Origin: Macrostomum lignano
Taxonomy: Eukaryota
NCBI GenBank assembly: GCA_002269645.1
Contig: NIVC01000890.1
Location: 62,001-126,000 of the forward strand
Reading direction: 5' to 3'
DNA length: 64,000 nt
The position numbers and the translations under genes were made by a program. This document shows positions 1 to 21,344 of this stretch, piece by piece; the stretch's first letter is position 1, and each line of letters starts with the position of its first letter. The notes under the pieces were generated by a model that saw only the letters and a program-made list of their open reading frames with translations, was not told the DNA's origin and made no database searches.

Positions 1-1332
1 GGAATTCTTCGCTTCAAAGTTGACTCAGGAATAAATTATGCAAACAAAGTAGCAGTTTTACTTGGTTAATTTAGGTACAGATACACGATACAAATATTAA
101 GTATTGGACATCGATTTTGGTTCCAAATTTCGTTTTTAGATTCAAAACAGAAATCAATATACATCGTCGCTTGTATTAAAATATACAATGCAGCAATAAA
201 ATGTGTAAAAAATGAACAGTCAATTTGGACGCTGAGATAATGTGAAAGCGAAATAGATTAATTCTATTCTCAAACCTAACAGCACAACATAATTTGCCTA
301 TTAGGCAAATATACTATCACCTAATCAATCATAATGAATTAACTATAAATTTAATTTGTCAGAACAGGCAAATAATGGGAACAGTATAATAAATAACCCT
401 TAATTTTAGAGTTAAATAAATCCTGTCGTTGCTTAAGGCAAGGTTAGACGAATCAAAACAAAAAAAACAATTTCTTCCTGTTAAAACTAAATCACCGAAT
501 CAACCGAAAAAAACTTGAATAGAACTAAAAACTGTTTCAAAAGACTGAATAAGCAGAATCTATAGATGGTTTTTTGTCTTTAAACACGATTTGAATGAAA
601 ATAGCCGTAGTGAGTTGTAGTGAAATTGTAACAATTTTGCTTTAACCCGATGAAAACGGTACCCAGGCCAAAAAGCGTCCCAGAGTCGCTTGCGTCGCCC
701 CAGAGTCATTTCAGAGTCGTTGCAGATGGCACAGGTAAAATTGGAGAGAAGTGACTCGAAGCGACTCTAAAAATGACGAGATGTCACGGTACAAGCCGCC
801 AAAAAGTCGTCATCGTCAAAGAGTCGCTCAACAATCACTTTGAAGCGTTTTATTTCCTGAAACTCTGAAACGACACTGGGGCGATGCAAGTGACTCTGGG
901 GCGTAAAGTGGTATTTGAGGCGTGCTAGAGTCACTGTAGAGGAACTGAGTTGTGTTTAGAAGCGCATTTGCGTCGCTTCATGATCTGAGTCGCATCTCTA
1001 GCGAAAGCTAAGTGCCAACACAACGATTCTTGGACGACTCTTTTACGATTCTACAACTCACGTGACGCGCTTGTGACGCAACAGTCGCCTCTCCGTCGAG
1101 TTAGACGCGTTTGAGACGTTAAAAAGTCACAGGAGTTGTCCCAGAGTCGCTAGAGTCACTAGTGAGTTGTTTGCAATGGCTGTTTAGCGATTCCTGTCAT
1201 GGTAACGTTTTCAATTGGTTTTTTAGTTAATTACTTATAGCACACTTTTCGTTTCAACAAGGCTCAAAACGATGCTCTTGTAAAAAAGGGGGACTCGGAT
1301 CTGGAAGCAACAACAACACTAGATAAGCATTA

Positions 1333-10103
<8,771 letters not shown>

Positions 10104-11764
10104 TGGATAGGGATGGCTGTGGGAGCGAATGAGACTAAAGAGTGTTATATAGGTACTAAGGTGAAAAAAACATTAATATATTCATAACTGTTCAAATTTT
10201 ATTAGACCATTGCTTAAAAGAATGCTTTACTTCATTTGATATTTTTGTGTGTAAAGAGCTGATATGAGTCAATAGATTAAGAGATAAACAATATATGAAC
10301 TAGCCAGATGCAAATCTAGGATCTTATGTAAAAAAACGATTTGCTAGTTTTTGTAAGAAAAATCTAGAGGCAATAAAAATGTGACAATTGTTTGCTAAAA
10401 CTTATTTTTCTTTTTAATATTTTAAATCTTTTTTAGACTGTATGATAACCTTTGCCTAATACTTATGATACTAGAAATACTACTAGCAATCAACATCCTC
10501 CCTGAGGAGCCAACAAAAAATTGAATATAAAATTTTGAATAAACTATATATAGCTTCTTTTCATCTCTCAATGACCCTAGGCAGTCTTGACATCTTAGCT
10601 ATTCCCCCAATGAGCCTTGACATGTTAGCAAACCCTTGTCAATCTAGAAATCTCAGCAATATTTTTTCCAACCCTAAACATAACCTTAACCTTAAACCCT
10701 AAGCCTATAAGTTTAAAAAAAGAATTTTATAGAATAAGGTTATACAAAAAATAAAATAAAAGATAATTAAACAACCTTTTATTAAAAACTGTCCTGGCAA
10801 TTTTCTAACTTTCTCAAATATTATTTAGAATTCCTAGTTTCTTAGACTTCCTAGACTTCTTAGATAGATGACTAGACCTACCTTATATTATAGGATTATA
10901 ATTTAATTATTTAAATATCAATAATAGCTCAAGGAATTTAAGATAAAAAACCAGAAAGAAAATTTTTTAAGATAATAATTAGTTTTACTACAGATATATA
11001 TTAAATTAGCTATTTCATTAGATCATGATAGGCATATTTTAGCTAGGCCTATGTATGAAGAACCCATAATTACTTTTTGAAATCCATATACTAAAAATGG
11101 TCTGTCGGTATGTGTGTGTGTGTATGTGTGTGTGTGTGATCGATTTTAGCAAAAACGGCTCAACCGATTTTCTTCGAACTTGCACTGTTCGATCAGAAAT
11201 TTTCCCGTGACAGTACATGCATCGTGGCTAAGAAATTGCTTGATGCTAAAGGGATTAAATATTCGAAAAACATGCTTTTTTGCAAAGGTCAAGCAGCTCT
11301 TTCGACTTGAAATGCATCGTAAGAATGCTAGCAGAAAAACTGACTGGTTGAATTCTGATTCTGAAATAGATTGCATCACAATACACTTTATTTATCGTCT
11401 GTGTACTGGCTGAATTTGACACTCAATTGAATTGCGTCACAGCTTTGAGTGTGAAAGCATAGCGCAGTACTGAATTTATATTACGTAACCATATTGTAAA
11501 CTTTCATAGACACTGGTACTGACTTGCCTAAGAAATTGATTATGTCATAACTGCTTCGTGAGACTTTTTACTCTACCTGACTTGGTGTGAGTGTTGAATT
11601 ATATAAGTGGTACAACATCACTGATAACTTCGATGAGAGCTAGCCTAGAGCTGAACAGACCAGACTGCTAATGCAGCGACCTAGGTTCGAATCTAAGTAG
11701 TTTAAAAGTAGTAGTGTAAATTTTTTTTATTAAAAGGTTTTATTAAAGGACTAAATAAAAACAC

Positions 11765-13660
11765 TTAGATTACTGCACTCGATAAGCCAAGGATTATTGC
11801 TATTAATAAACCAAGGACTACTGCACTCGATAAACCAAGGACTATTGCTCTTGGCAAACCAAGGATTACTGCACTCAAGAAGCCAAGGATTATTGCTATT
11901 AATAAACCAAGGATTACTGCACTTGGAAAACCAAGGATTACTGCACTCGATAAACCAAGGACTATTGCTCTTGGCAAACCAAGGATTACTGCACTCAGGA
12001 AGCCAAGGATTATTGCACTTGGAAAACCAAGGATTACTGCACTCGATAAACCAAGGACTATTGCTCTTGGCAAACCAAGGATTACTGCACTCAAGAAGCC
12101 AAGGATTATTGCTATTAATAAACCAAGGATTACTGCACTTGGAAAACCAAGGATTACTGCACTCGATAAACCAAGGACTATTGCTCTTGGCAAACCAAGG
12201 ATTACTGCACTCAAGAAGCCAAGGATTATTGCACTTGGAAAACCAAGGATTACTGCACTCGATAAACCAAGGACTATTGCACTTGATAAACCAAGGAATA
12301 TTGCACTTGATAGGCCAAGGATTACTGCACTTGATAAACCAAGGATTATTGCACTTGATAGGCCAAAGATTACTGCGCTTGATAAACCAAGGATTATTGC
12401 ACTTGATAAACCAAGGATTATTGCACTTGATAAGCCAAGGATTACTGCGCTTGATAAACCAAGGATTATTGCACTTGATAAACAAAGGATTATTGCACTT
12501 GATAAACAAAGGATTATTGCACTTGATAGGCCAAAGATTACTGCGCTTGATAAACCAAGGATTATTGCACTTGATAAGCCAAGGATTATTGCACTTGATA
12601 AACCAAGGATTATTGCAGTTGATAAGCCAAGGATTATTGCATCTGATAAACCAAGGATTATTGCACTTGATAAACCAAGGATTATTGCACTTGATAAACC
12701 AAGGATTATTGCACTTGATAAACCAAGGATTATTGCTCTTGGCAAACCAAGGATTACTGCACTCGATAAGCCAAGGATTATTGCTCTTAATAAACCAAGG
12801 ATTACTGCACTTGGAAAACTAAGGATTACTGCACTCGATAAACTAAGGATTATTGCTCTTGGCAAACCAAGGATTATTGCACTTGATAGGCCAAGGATTA
12901 CTGCACTTGATAAACCAAGGATTATTGCACTTGATAAACCAAGGATTATTGCACTTGATAAACCAAGGATTATTGCAGTTGATAAGCCAAGGATTATTGC
13001 ACTTGATAAACCAAGGATTATTACACTTGATAAACCAAGGATTATTGCACTTGATAAACCAAGGATTATTGCACTTGATAGGCCAAGGATTACTGCACTT
13101 GATAAACCAAGGATTATTGCACTTGATAGGCCAAAGATTACTGCGCTTGATAAACCAAGGATTATTGCAGTTGATAAGCCAAGGATTATTGCACTTGATA
13201 AACCAAGGATTTTTTCACTTGATAAACCAAGGATTATTGCACTTGATAAACAAATATTGCACTTGATAAACCAAGGATTATTGCACCTGATAAGCCAAGG
13301 ATTACTGCGCTAGATAAACCAAGGATTATTGCACTTAATAAACCAAGGATTATTGCACTTAATAAACCAAGGATTATTGCACTTGATAAACCAAGGATTA
13401 TTGCACTTGATAAACAAAGGATTATTGCACTTGATAAACCAAGGATTATTGCACTTTATAAGCCAAAGATTACTGCACTTGATAAACCAAGGATTATTGC
13501 ACTTGATAAACCAAGGATTATTGCACTTGATTAATCAAGGATTATTGCTATTAATAAACCAAGGATTATTGCACTAGCTGAGAAGCTGATTACTGCGCTG
13601 TCTAAAAAAGAGATTATTGCGCTCGCTGAGACGTGGATTGTTGCACAACCTGAGAAAGCG
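11765..13660. repeat. 24-bp minisatellite TTATTGCACTTGATAAACCAAGGA inside the Helitron
   Basis: About 75-80 units; the period is divisible by 3, which produces spurious ORFs on both strands. Confidence 0.97.
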
Positions 13661-13694
13661 ATTATTGCATTAGCGGAAGTAACATTTGCACTAG

Positions 13695-14120
13695 CTACTT
13701 GCTGTCTCGTGGATGCTTGCTCTCGAGGGGGATACTTGCTATTTGGGAGAGGGGGTACTGGCTACATGCATGGGATTCTTTCTATCCAGGGATGCTTGCT
13801 ATTCAGGGATTCTTGCTATCTGCAGGATGCTTGCTATTTAGGGATTCTTGCTATCTGCAGGATGCTTGCTATCTGGGTGGATGCTTCTATAATATCTGGG
13901 GGGTGCTTGCTATCTGCAGAATGCTTCTATAATATCTGGGGGTGCTTGCTATCTGCAGAATGCTTGCTATCTGGGTGGATGCTTCTATAATATCTGGGGG
14001 GTGCTTGCTAATCTGCAGATGCTTGCTATCTGTGGTGATTCTTGCTATGAGCATTAGAGGATGCTTGCTATCTGCGATTGTTCACTTTTGGAGGGGGTTG
14101 CTTGCTGTCTTGGGAATATT
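13695..14120. repeat. Degenerate GATGCTTGCTATCTG repeat inside the Helitron
   Basis: Recurring TGCTTGCTAT units. Confidence 0.8.
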
Positions 14121-14796
14121 TTCTATTTAGGGAAACGATATTTTGTTGACTGTTTGTTAATTTTAGAGAAAAAGTGACTTTTTAATTTTGCAAACATCTT
14201 AGTCCGTGACAATTTTACACGAATAAGGTGATTTTTAAAATGTGAAGAAGGAATTAGTGTTTAAGAAAATGTGTTTTTTTATTGTTTTCCATGAACTATT
14301 TTTGCTCCTTTCTTATTGGGCGCCCCGAAGGGGGGCCGCACTAGATTGCTAGTATTTACTATGATTGCAAGTCACCAAGCAATATAAACATTTATTGCAG
14401 CTAATCAATTTGATGCTAACATTTAATGTCAACCAAATTCTTATACACTATTCAATGTTGTATAATTATAAACAATTGAACTCACAATATCATGGCTGGC
14501 TAACGATCATCTAATTGCCAATCACTCTATGCAGACAATCTATGCACTTGCAGCACAATAAGTTTTTTTTTGCTTTCTAGAATCTAGATAGTTAGACTTG
14601 GGTATATAACCTATGCTATAGGTAGGCAATCTACTGTCAAAAAAGTGAAAAGATTATTCTTTGAAAAATTATTTTGGACTCTTATAAATCTGGACTCATT
14701 TCATTGATTTACATGATTCCATTATATATATTAATATAATTGAAGATATAAAGGCTCTAGTAAAATATGTAAATTTTATTAAATATGGCTTAAGTG

Positions 14797-15918
14797 ATAT
14801 AGCATTTTGCATTGCACTTAGCTTACGGGCAAATCACTTGATCTTAAGTAGCAGAATTATACTAGCAAGGCAGCTGCCGATTGATTCTATGGTCTCAACT
14901 GGTGGCTAGTGGGCAATTTACTTTAGCCTTGGGGCACAGACTTAATCCATTTATGCTGCATTGCAGTTTGAAAAGCTTTCAATTGGCTGCCCAATATTTG
15001 GTGCTGTGGCAAGGGTATAATTTTAATTGGTCAATATGAGCAACATTTGAGCAAATGAGCAAAGTATGAGCAAATGAGGGAACATAGGCAGGTGGTTGGT
15101 TGGCTATAAAAAAGTGGGAAAATAAACAACAGCAGCTGCAACACAGAAGTGGGTTAGCATAGATTTTGTCAACAAGGTGCTCATATATGCGCAACCTCCA
15201 AAATTCAGTCGGGTGTGCAACTTAGTTTTAACAAAAATTAATACAACTTTAAGTAAATGGCAGGAGTAACTCTAACTGTCTTATAAAGCCAAAATGCCTT
15301 GTCAGCTACTTAGTACTACTACTACTTGAATGTTTTTTTGGGTGGCCATTTTTGCAACTTCCTTGGTTGGCCATCAAATTGGTCAGCCAGATCGGCCGAC
15401 TTGGCCAACTGTTGCGCATGTATGAAGGTGCTGCACATGAACAACTAAATTTTAGTACTTGGCCAATGCCTTGGCCTTGGGGGAATCGATGACGGCGTCC
15501 AGTAACTTTGTATTGCCTTTGAATTGACAAAATAGTCTTAAAGTTGACCTGGAACCATCGCGCAACGTTGACCGGCCACTTACCCCTATCTAGGATGTTG
15601 GTGACAAAGCTGTGCTTTTCATCACTCATCCTTGACCATGGTCTAAATTGTTATCCGCTTCTAATTCCATCTAGTGAAGTTTCATAGCTAGCATTGCTAG
15701 CCTTATTTTCCGAGCTCATGTTGCTACAAGCCTTAGCTTCTAGTTTACTTTGAAAGAGCATGAATAGATTAAGTCAGTGCCCAAGGCTTAAGTAACTTGC
15801 CCGCCAGCCAATGGTTTGGGCCATAGACTTGATTGGCAGCTGCCCTTGCCAGTGTAATCCTGCCATTTAGGATCAAGTGATTTGCCTATAAGCTTAAGTG
15901 CAATACAAAATGCTATAT
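14797..15918 (-). mobile_element. Decayed Tc1/mariner-like TIR element with a transposase HTH remnant
   Basis: Imperfect ~160-bp inverted repeats at 14797-14957 and 15757-15918. Internal minus ORF 15306-15629 (GKWPVNVARWFQVNFKTILSIQRQYKVTG) resembles the N-terminal paired-like HTH of Tc1 transposases. No DDE domain is present. Confidence 0.55.
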
Positions 15919-16531
15919 TAACTTTAATGATTCCTATTTTGACTAGAGGAATAGGCCTATCTATAGATAGTAATGTTACTATAATAGGCTAAGCCTAACA
16001 ATCTTTTTAAAATAATCATTTTTGATAAACAAGGCCTTTTGTTATTATCTTTTATAAATTTGTAAATTAGTGCAGATACTAATAATGATCTAAACTAATT
16101 TTATAAACTTTATAATATTATAATTAAGGCCTAGATAATTAAGTTGTTATTTTATTATTGATAGTTTCTTTTAATTCTAGGGGCTTAATAAAGATAATAT
16201 TTATGCAAAAATGTTTGTTTTCATTTGCAAACTGTTCAATTTTTCATTGCATTTTTAAATAGGCCTACACTCTTAAAAATATTCTTATAAATAAAAGCCA
16301 AGTTTAGGGAGAAGAATAACTTGTTTTCATTTGTATTGTATAGGCCTACTATTTTCTAGTTCTTAGAGTTGCAAATATTCGGCCTAGGCCTAAATGTTCT
16401 AGTTCTAGCATAGAAAACCTAATGACAATGTTAAGGTTCAAAGACTAAGACTTTAGCTTTATGACTTTCTAATATCAGTAGCCTAATATTAAATAATACC
16501 CAGGAGCCAGGACTAGAAACAATAATACATC

Positions 16532-16732
16532 CAGTGGCGAATCCAGAAAGGGGGCGGGGGGCGGCATGGCCAGCCGCCCCACTCTTTTGCCATGGCTGAA
16601 CTTGCATAAGGGGGAGTATTGCAATTTTTGGCTTATTAATTAGAGCTTATTTTGGGCCAACCTAAAAATTTAGGGCGTAGGCAAATCCGCCCGGGACCGC
16701 CTCTCTAGTTTAAAATTCTGGATCCGCCACTG
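16532..16732. mobile_element. hAT-type MITE, 201 bp
   Basis: TIRs CAGTGGCGAATCCAGAA / TTCTGGATCCGCCACTG; perfect 8-bp TSD AATACATC at 16524-16531 and 16733-16740. Confidence 0.92.
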
Positions 16733-18097
16733 AATACATCTAAAACATTGCATGACAAAGTAGACTGAGTTTAATATCCACAATAACTTAGTATTTAGTA
16801 GTATCAATATCTCAAAATTAATGATTCATTGCCTAGTCCATGCAAAACTATCGTGATTCGTAACTACTAATTGATTTTTATCTATACGAAAGCGGCATAC
16901 TGCCAGGGTACTGATACTGCAAATAATACCCATTCCACTTGACACTAACTACTTACTTAATAAGCTAAAGCACTTAATTTTTCATATAAGCAGATTAATT
17001 TTCTTAATTTCAAATTTGTGCCAAGCTGCATAGTTCATTGTCGAAGGAAGTATAACATAAAAATTAATTATACTGAATTTTAAGGCATGCTTAATTTTTT
17101 TAACTCAATGATTTTTAATAACTTTTTACAACTACCTTTTCGTTAGAATGGCTACGGAAACATTTGATGAGTTCGATTCGAAAGCAAAGGTGAACTTGAA
17201 CTTCACCATTGATAAAATGGAAACTTTAGGAACAGATCGTTGGAGCTCATTGGAAGTCATTAGAGGACTCGAGCTTGCTAGTTATAATTACCTGGTAATT
17301 GCAAGGGCAGCGTTTTTTATTGTGCTTGTATATGGAATAAACTGGTAATTAGACATTCTAGATACGTACATGTAACTCATCATTTATAATTTATCAAAAG
17401 TAGACATCTAGTAAATCAGATAAAGGCTTGTGAAGGGGACAGAGACGAGAGGGGGCCCTGGACGCGCTCTACTGATCGCAGCTGCTCTACACGCTGGGCA
17501 TGCATGCAAATACCCGTAAAGCCCAGCTGCCATCAACGCTAGCTAGATGGCCCGCGCTACATGAGAGGAGCTCGATCTGCCCCATGCTCGCTGTACGTAC
17601 CCGTCTTATGCCGCTGGGTATAGCTGCCTATGGACCCTATACCGCGGAGACCCCATCCCTCGGGCCCTGGCCCTGCTGGACCAGCCGACTGAGTAACTAT
17701 AGCTGCATGCGCCGCGGCCAGCCGGCCCGCACTGGCACTGAAATGCTTCATCGCCGACCTAGCTGTAGGCGCGCGCTTGCACTGACCCCTCAGCTGGATG
17801 CTGTTGTCTGCCCCTTCCGCCTGTTCTGCGATCGGAGATCGGAGGAGGGGTCAATCCCCTCTGCATGCGCCCTATATCGGGTCAATTTGCGTTTGCATTA
17901 TTGACGATCCCCTGAAAGCGCCATTTCGACAAGACTACATGTCCGTTTTAGAGGAGCTAAATAAAGTCATCAAATATACGTCGAGTTAATTTTTATGCAA
18001 ATGTGAAAACGCTTCTTTAAATGTACATGTACTTTTACATGACATCGGCCATTGAAAACTCAAATTTATTTTAGTAAAATCCCTGAAAATTCAGAAA

Positions 18098-19636
18098 TCA
18101 TAAGCCACGCCAAGCTCTTTGTAAACCAACGTTTAACAATGGATATTTAGAAGTCAACTGTTTAATCGTCTCTGCCCTGTGCTCACTGATGGACAGTGAG
18201 TCGGTCTCCGGCGTCCCAAGAGCAAAGAAAGTGTCTTCACCCTCGAGAAAGCTGCGTATGTGGAGCAGCTCCGAGCAGGTCATGCGAGTGGCTGGAGAAG
18301 CCGCAGCGTTCGCATTGAACTTAGAATGTAGACCGGCCGAATGCTCACACTGTCTGAGAATCTTATGAAGCTTTTTCAGATGATATTTTATTCCATCAAT
18401 CATTGTATAGTTACTTAAGCTTGCAGAGTTTCCAGTCCCACTGAAGCTTAAAGTTGACGTTCGACTTGGCCGGGCCAAATGCACCGAGTGCTCCGGTCGA
18501 TGCGTAGATGGGAAAGCAGACGCGTACTTCGGCAAAAGTTCGGTCAGATTAAGCAGCGACTTCTGTGCAGGCCTGTGATGAAGCACTTGGTCTGTGCAGT
18601 ACTGCACGAACGGATGGCTTGGAGCTGCCATGAATACGGTTTGGTCGATTAATCTCGCTTTATTTGGTGGCCGAAATTCGCTGCTAGTAACAAAAACAGC
18701 CGGCAGCCATCGAATAGAATCGATGTTTCTTATGGCCCTCAGCTTCGGTGCTCCGATGACGACTCCACCAAACTATAAATGGTTTTTGTTTGATGATGCA
18801 TGGTACATATGTAGCACGTATAGTAGAGACCCACATCATTCATTTAAAGGGGATAAATTTCGCACGCAGCTTATGTAATAAATCTAGTTAAATACAAGCA
18901 AGCAAGCAAATATCCACGAGTTGTGGGCATCCTCGAGATGACATCGCCCGCAACCACCTGCTGACAGAATTACTAAATTCTCCGATGGGCAGCGTTGACG
19001 AAGGATACTTTGATAAAGCTTAACAAATGCCACTTAAACCCCAGCATTCGATCACATGGCTTCGACCCTTCTCACCTTTTGTAAGATCAGCATCCTTGCC
19101 AATAGCGTCGAGTTCGTCGAGTTGCTCATATCCTCTATCACACTTAAATACCTCGGGAAGAATATTCGAACAAGTTTTCTATACTCAATTTTTGTCCAGA
19201 GCACGTAGATCCAGCCGCGGTGCAGCCGGTGCCAGTTCCGTATTAAATCATCAAAGTCGGACCAATTATGTTGTTCATTCAGCGACACCAGGTGAAGTAT
19301 CGCAGGTATTGTTCGTTTGTCGTCATTTCCTGTTGCGCTTTTCTGAGTACGACGCGGGGACAGTAGCAGTAGGCCTTCCAGACATCTGGTGCTCGAACCG
19401 AGGCACACAGACGGTACAGGGCCAACAAACAGCGGAGGCGTTGTCGTCATGGAGGCATTCTCAAAAGTTTCTCGCCATCCGTACAATTTTGGCTTCAACA
19501 ATTCGTTTTCAAGGTCGTCAAAGTCCCGAAGGTTGGAGTGCTCAGCCGGTAGCTGAAGCGCTTGAAACAGCACCAGTAGGCAGGCCGCTAGCAGCAGTAG
19601 AAACATGTAGAAACTGCGTTTTATCGATGCAGGCAT
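18098..19636 (-). CDS. GT32-like (DXD sugar-binding / Gly_transf_sug) type II membrane glycosyltransferase, 2 exons, ~411 aa, DXD motif absent
   Basis: Exons 19636-19076 and 18772-18098, phase 0, GT-AG. N-terminal TM FYMFLLLLAACLLVLF. GT32 hallmarks: IPAILHLV, NWHRLHRGWIYVLWT, ARMLILQK|FGGV and FMAAPSHPF. Confidence 0.8.
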
Positions 19637-20366
19637 CACTAATCTTTCTCTACTACAAAAATTATTTGTAATGCGATAAAAATAACCGTAGCGCGGCTCC
19701 TAATGCATAAACATACTGGCTGTGCAGCATGTGACCGAGTGCTTCTGAGCAGTTCAATGACTTAATACTTTCTCACACTTCTGAGTTCTCGTCGCTGTCC
19801 CATTTAACTTTTGGAAGCGAGAGGGGAGAGAGAGAATGAGCCATTATAACGTAGCCCTAACTCAAGCGCGAGGTTTAGGCAACAATTGGTCCGGAAGAGA
19901 GACAGCTATTTCTAAAGGAGACTGTATAATGAGCCGAATGCATGGTTGAGATCGCTTTTCTGTTAACCTCAGAGCAGCTGAGAACGGCTTGAGTGGACAG
20001 CTATATCACAAACACCCACCTGCTGCGAGAGCTGAAAATGGCATTTAGAAGCGTCGTCAGCTCAAAGGCTAGATTTTCTTAGTTTTGTTTGACACTTTTT
20101 GCATTGAAAGCTATCTTTTGCATCTATCTTTGCAAGTGGAACACACGATAGAAATTGCTGGCTGACTGTCATTGTATAGGCAGCTCCATAATGAAGGCGG
20201 CTCCGGCAGTAGATTCCATAATCTTGCATAATAAACTTGAAAAATTGCTAACTCGTATTGTAGTAGCAACGGCATCGCTCAAAATCCATTTAGTGCTTTC
20301 CAAACGGATTTCGCAATGATTTGCTTTTTCGAGCAACGCTAAATGAAATTTTACGATGAACATTTG

Positions 20367-20556
20367 GGGCCGTATGCAGAAAGCCTAGTCCAGACTAGCT
20401 AGTCCGGACTTGTGTAGTTCAGTCTATAGTCTATGGTCTAGCTAGCCTAGTTCTGCTATAGTAGACTGGTCTAACTTTGCGTTTCTGCATACCAAATCCA
20501 AGTCCATAGCTTATCAAGACCGGACTACCCTAGACAGAGCTTTCTGCATACGGCCC
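20367..20556. mobile_element. PIF/Harbinger (Tourist-like) MITE, 190 bp
   Basis: Perfect 18-bp TIR GGGCCGTATGCAGAAAGC / GCTTTCTGCATACGGCCC; 3-bp TSD TTG on both sides. Confidence 0.88.
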
Positions 20557-20703
20557 TTGGTCTAGAAAAAATATAATAAGGAGATACGAGCTATGACAGA
20601 ATAGCTGAACTTTTGCCTGAATTTTGCTTGCTTGCTTGTCATCCCGGCAGCTATTACTACCGATGGGGGAATCATGTACATTTCACTGACCCCTGAGAAT
20701 GCT

Positions 20704-20727
20704 CACACACACACACACACATACACG

Positions 20728-20760
<33 letters not shown>
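20704..20760. repeat. (CA)n microsatellite
   Basis: Directly visible. Confidence 0.95.
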
Positions 20761-20763
<3 letters not shown>

Positions 20764-20999
20764 AACAAACGGATACGTGCATGTACAGCTGTTCAAAGCC
20801 TGTAAAAAGTCTTGAACTAGGCTATATGTACAGGTAACATTCAGATGTACATTTATGAAAGCCACAGTAGCTACAGAAAGATGTGACAACCTTCAACCCC
20901 TAAAGGCCCAGCAATCCGACGTCGGCGACATGGACCAAGGTTTCTGACATCTATCTACGTTGCTGGCAAATCAAAACGGGTACTTTTACACTACACCGA

Positions 21000-21330
21000 C
21001 GTTTAGCCGACGTTCAGGGTAATGTCGAATGCATTGGCAGAGATTCTCGGGCCTGAAAACGTTCGGATTTGGGCCGAGGTCCTGTCCTGAGTAAAGGCAT
21101 TCTCAGAAAAGGCGTTGCATTCACAGATAAAGTGCTCCGCATTTTCAACATCGGTGAAGCAGAATGGGTATTCCTCATTGCAGATTTTCCCCTGGAAGCA
21201 GCGATGCGTGGCAAAACAGCCATTGCCATGGTAACCGCGAAGGTTAGTGACATCGAGCACTTTCAAGGCCGTCTGACGGAGGAAGCTGGCTCGTATAAAG
21301 TGCTTGCTGACGTAGCGCTCCAATTACATG
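21000..21330 (-). mobile_element. Non-LTR retrotransposon 3' fragment (post-RT Cys/His zinc-finger region)
   Basis: GYHGNGCFATH...CF..VENAEHFICEC.AF; nucleotide similarity to 62490-62760 (+). Confidence 0.6.
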
Positions 21331-21344
21331 TAAACTGCGATGTC

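Larger units (their letters stand above)
11083..14352 (+). mobile_element. Non-autonomous Helitron carrying a 24-bp minisatellite
   Basis: 5' A|TC at 11082/11083, followed by TCCATATACTAAAA, a (TG)n tract and ACGGCTCAACCGATTTT, a typical Helitron 5' region. 3' GC-rich hairpin GCCCC-GAA-GGGGGGC at ~14320-14337, then CTAG (14349-14352)|T. No TSD, as expected for a Helitron. Confidence 0.7.

Noticed and set aside
10670-10710. Telomere-like ACCCTAA/CCTTAA motifs
   Set aside because: Too short and degenerate to call an interstitial telomere
11751-13577. Long ORFs (LLHLINQG; AIILGLSS; FIKCNNPW) resembling LRR or membrane proteins
   Set aside because: They are products of a 24-bp tandem repeat, open on both strands, inside a Helitron, with no splice context
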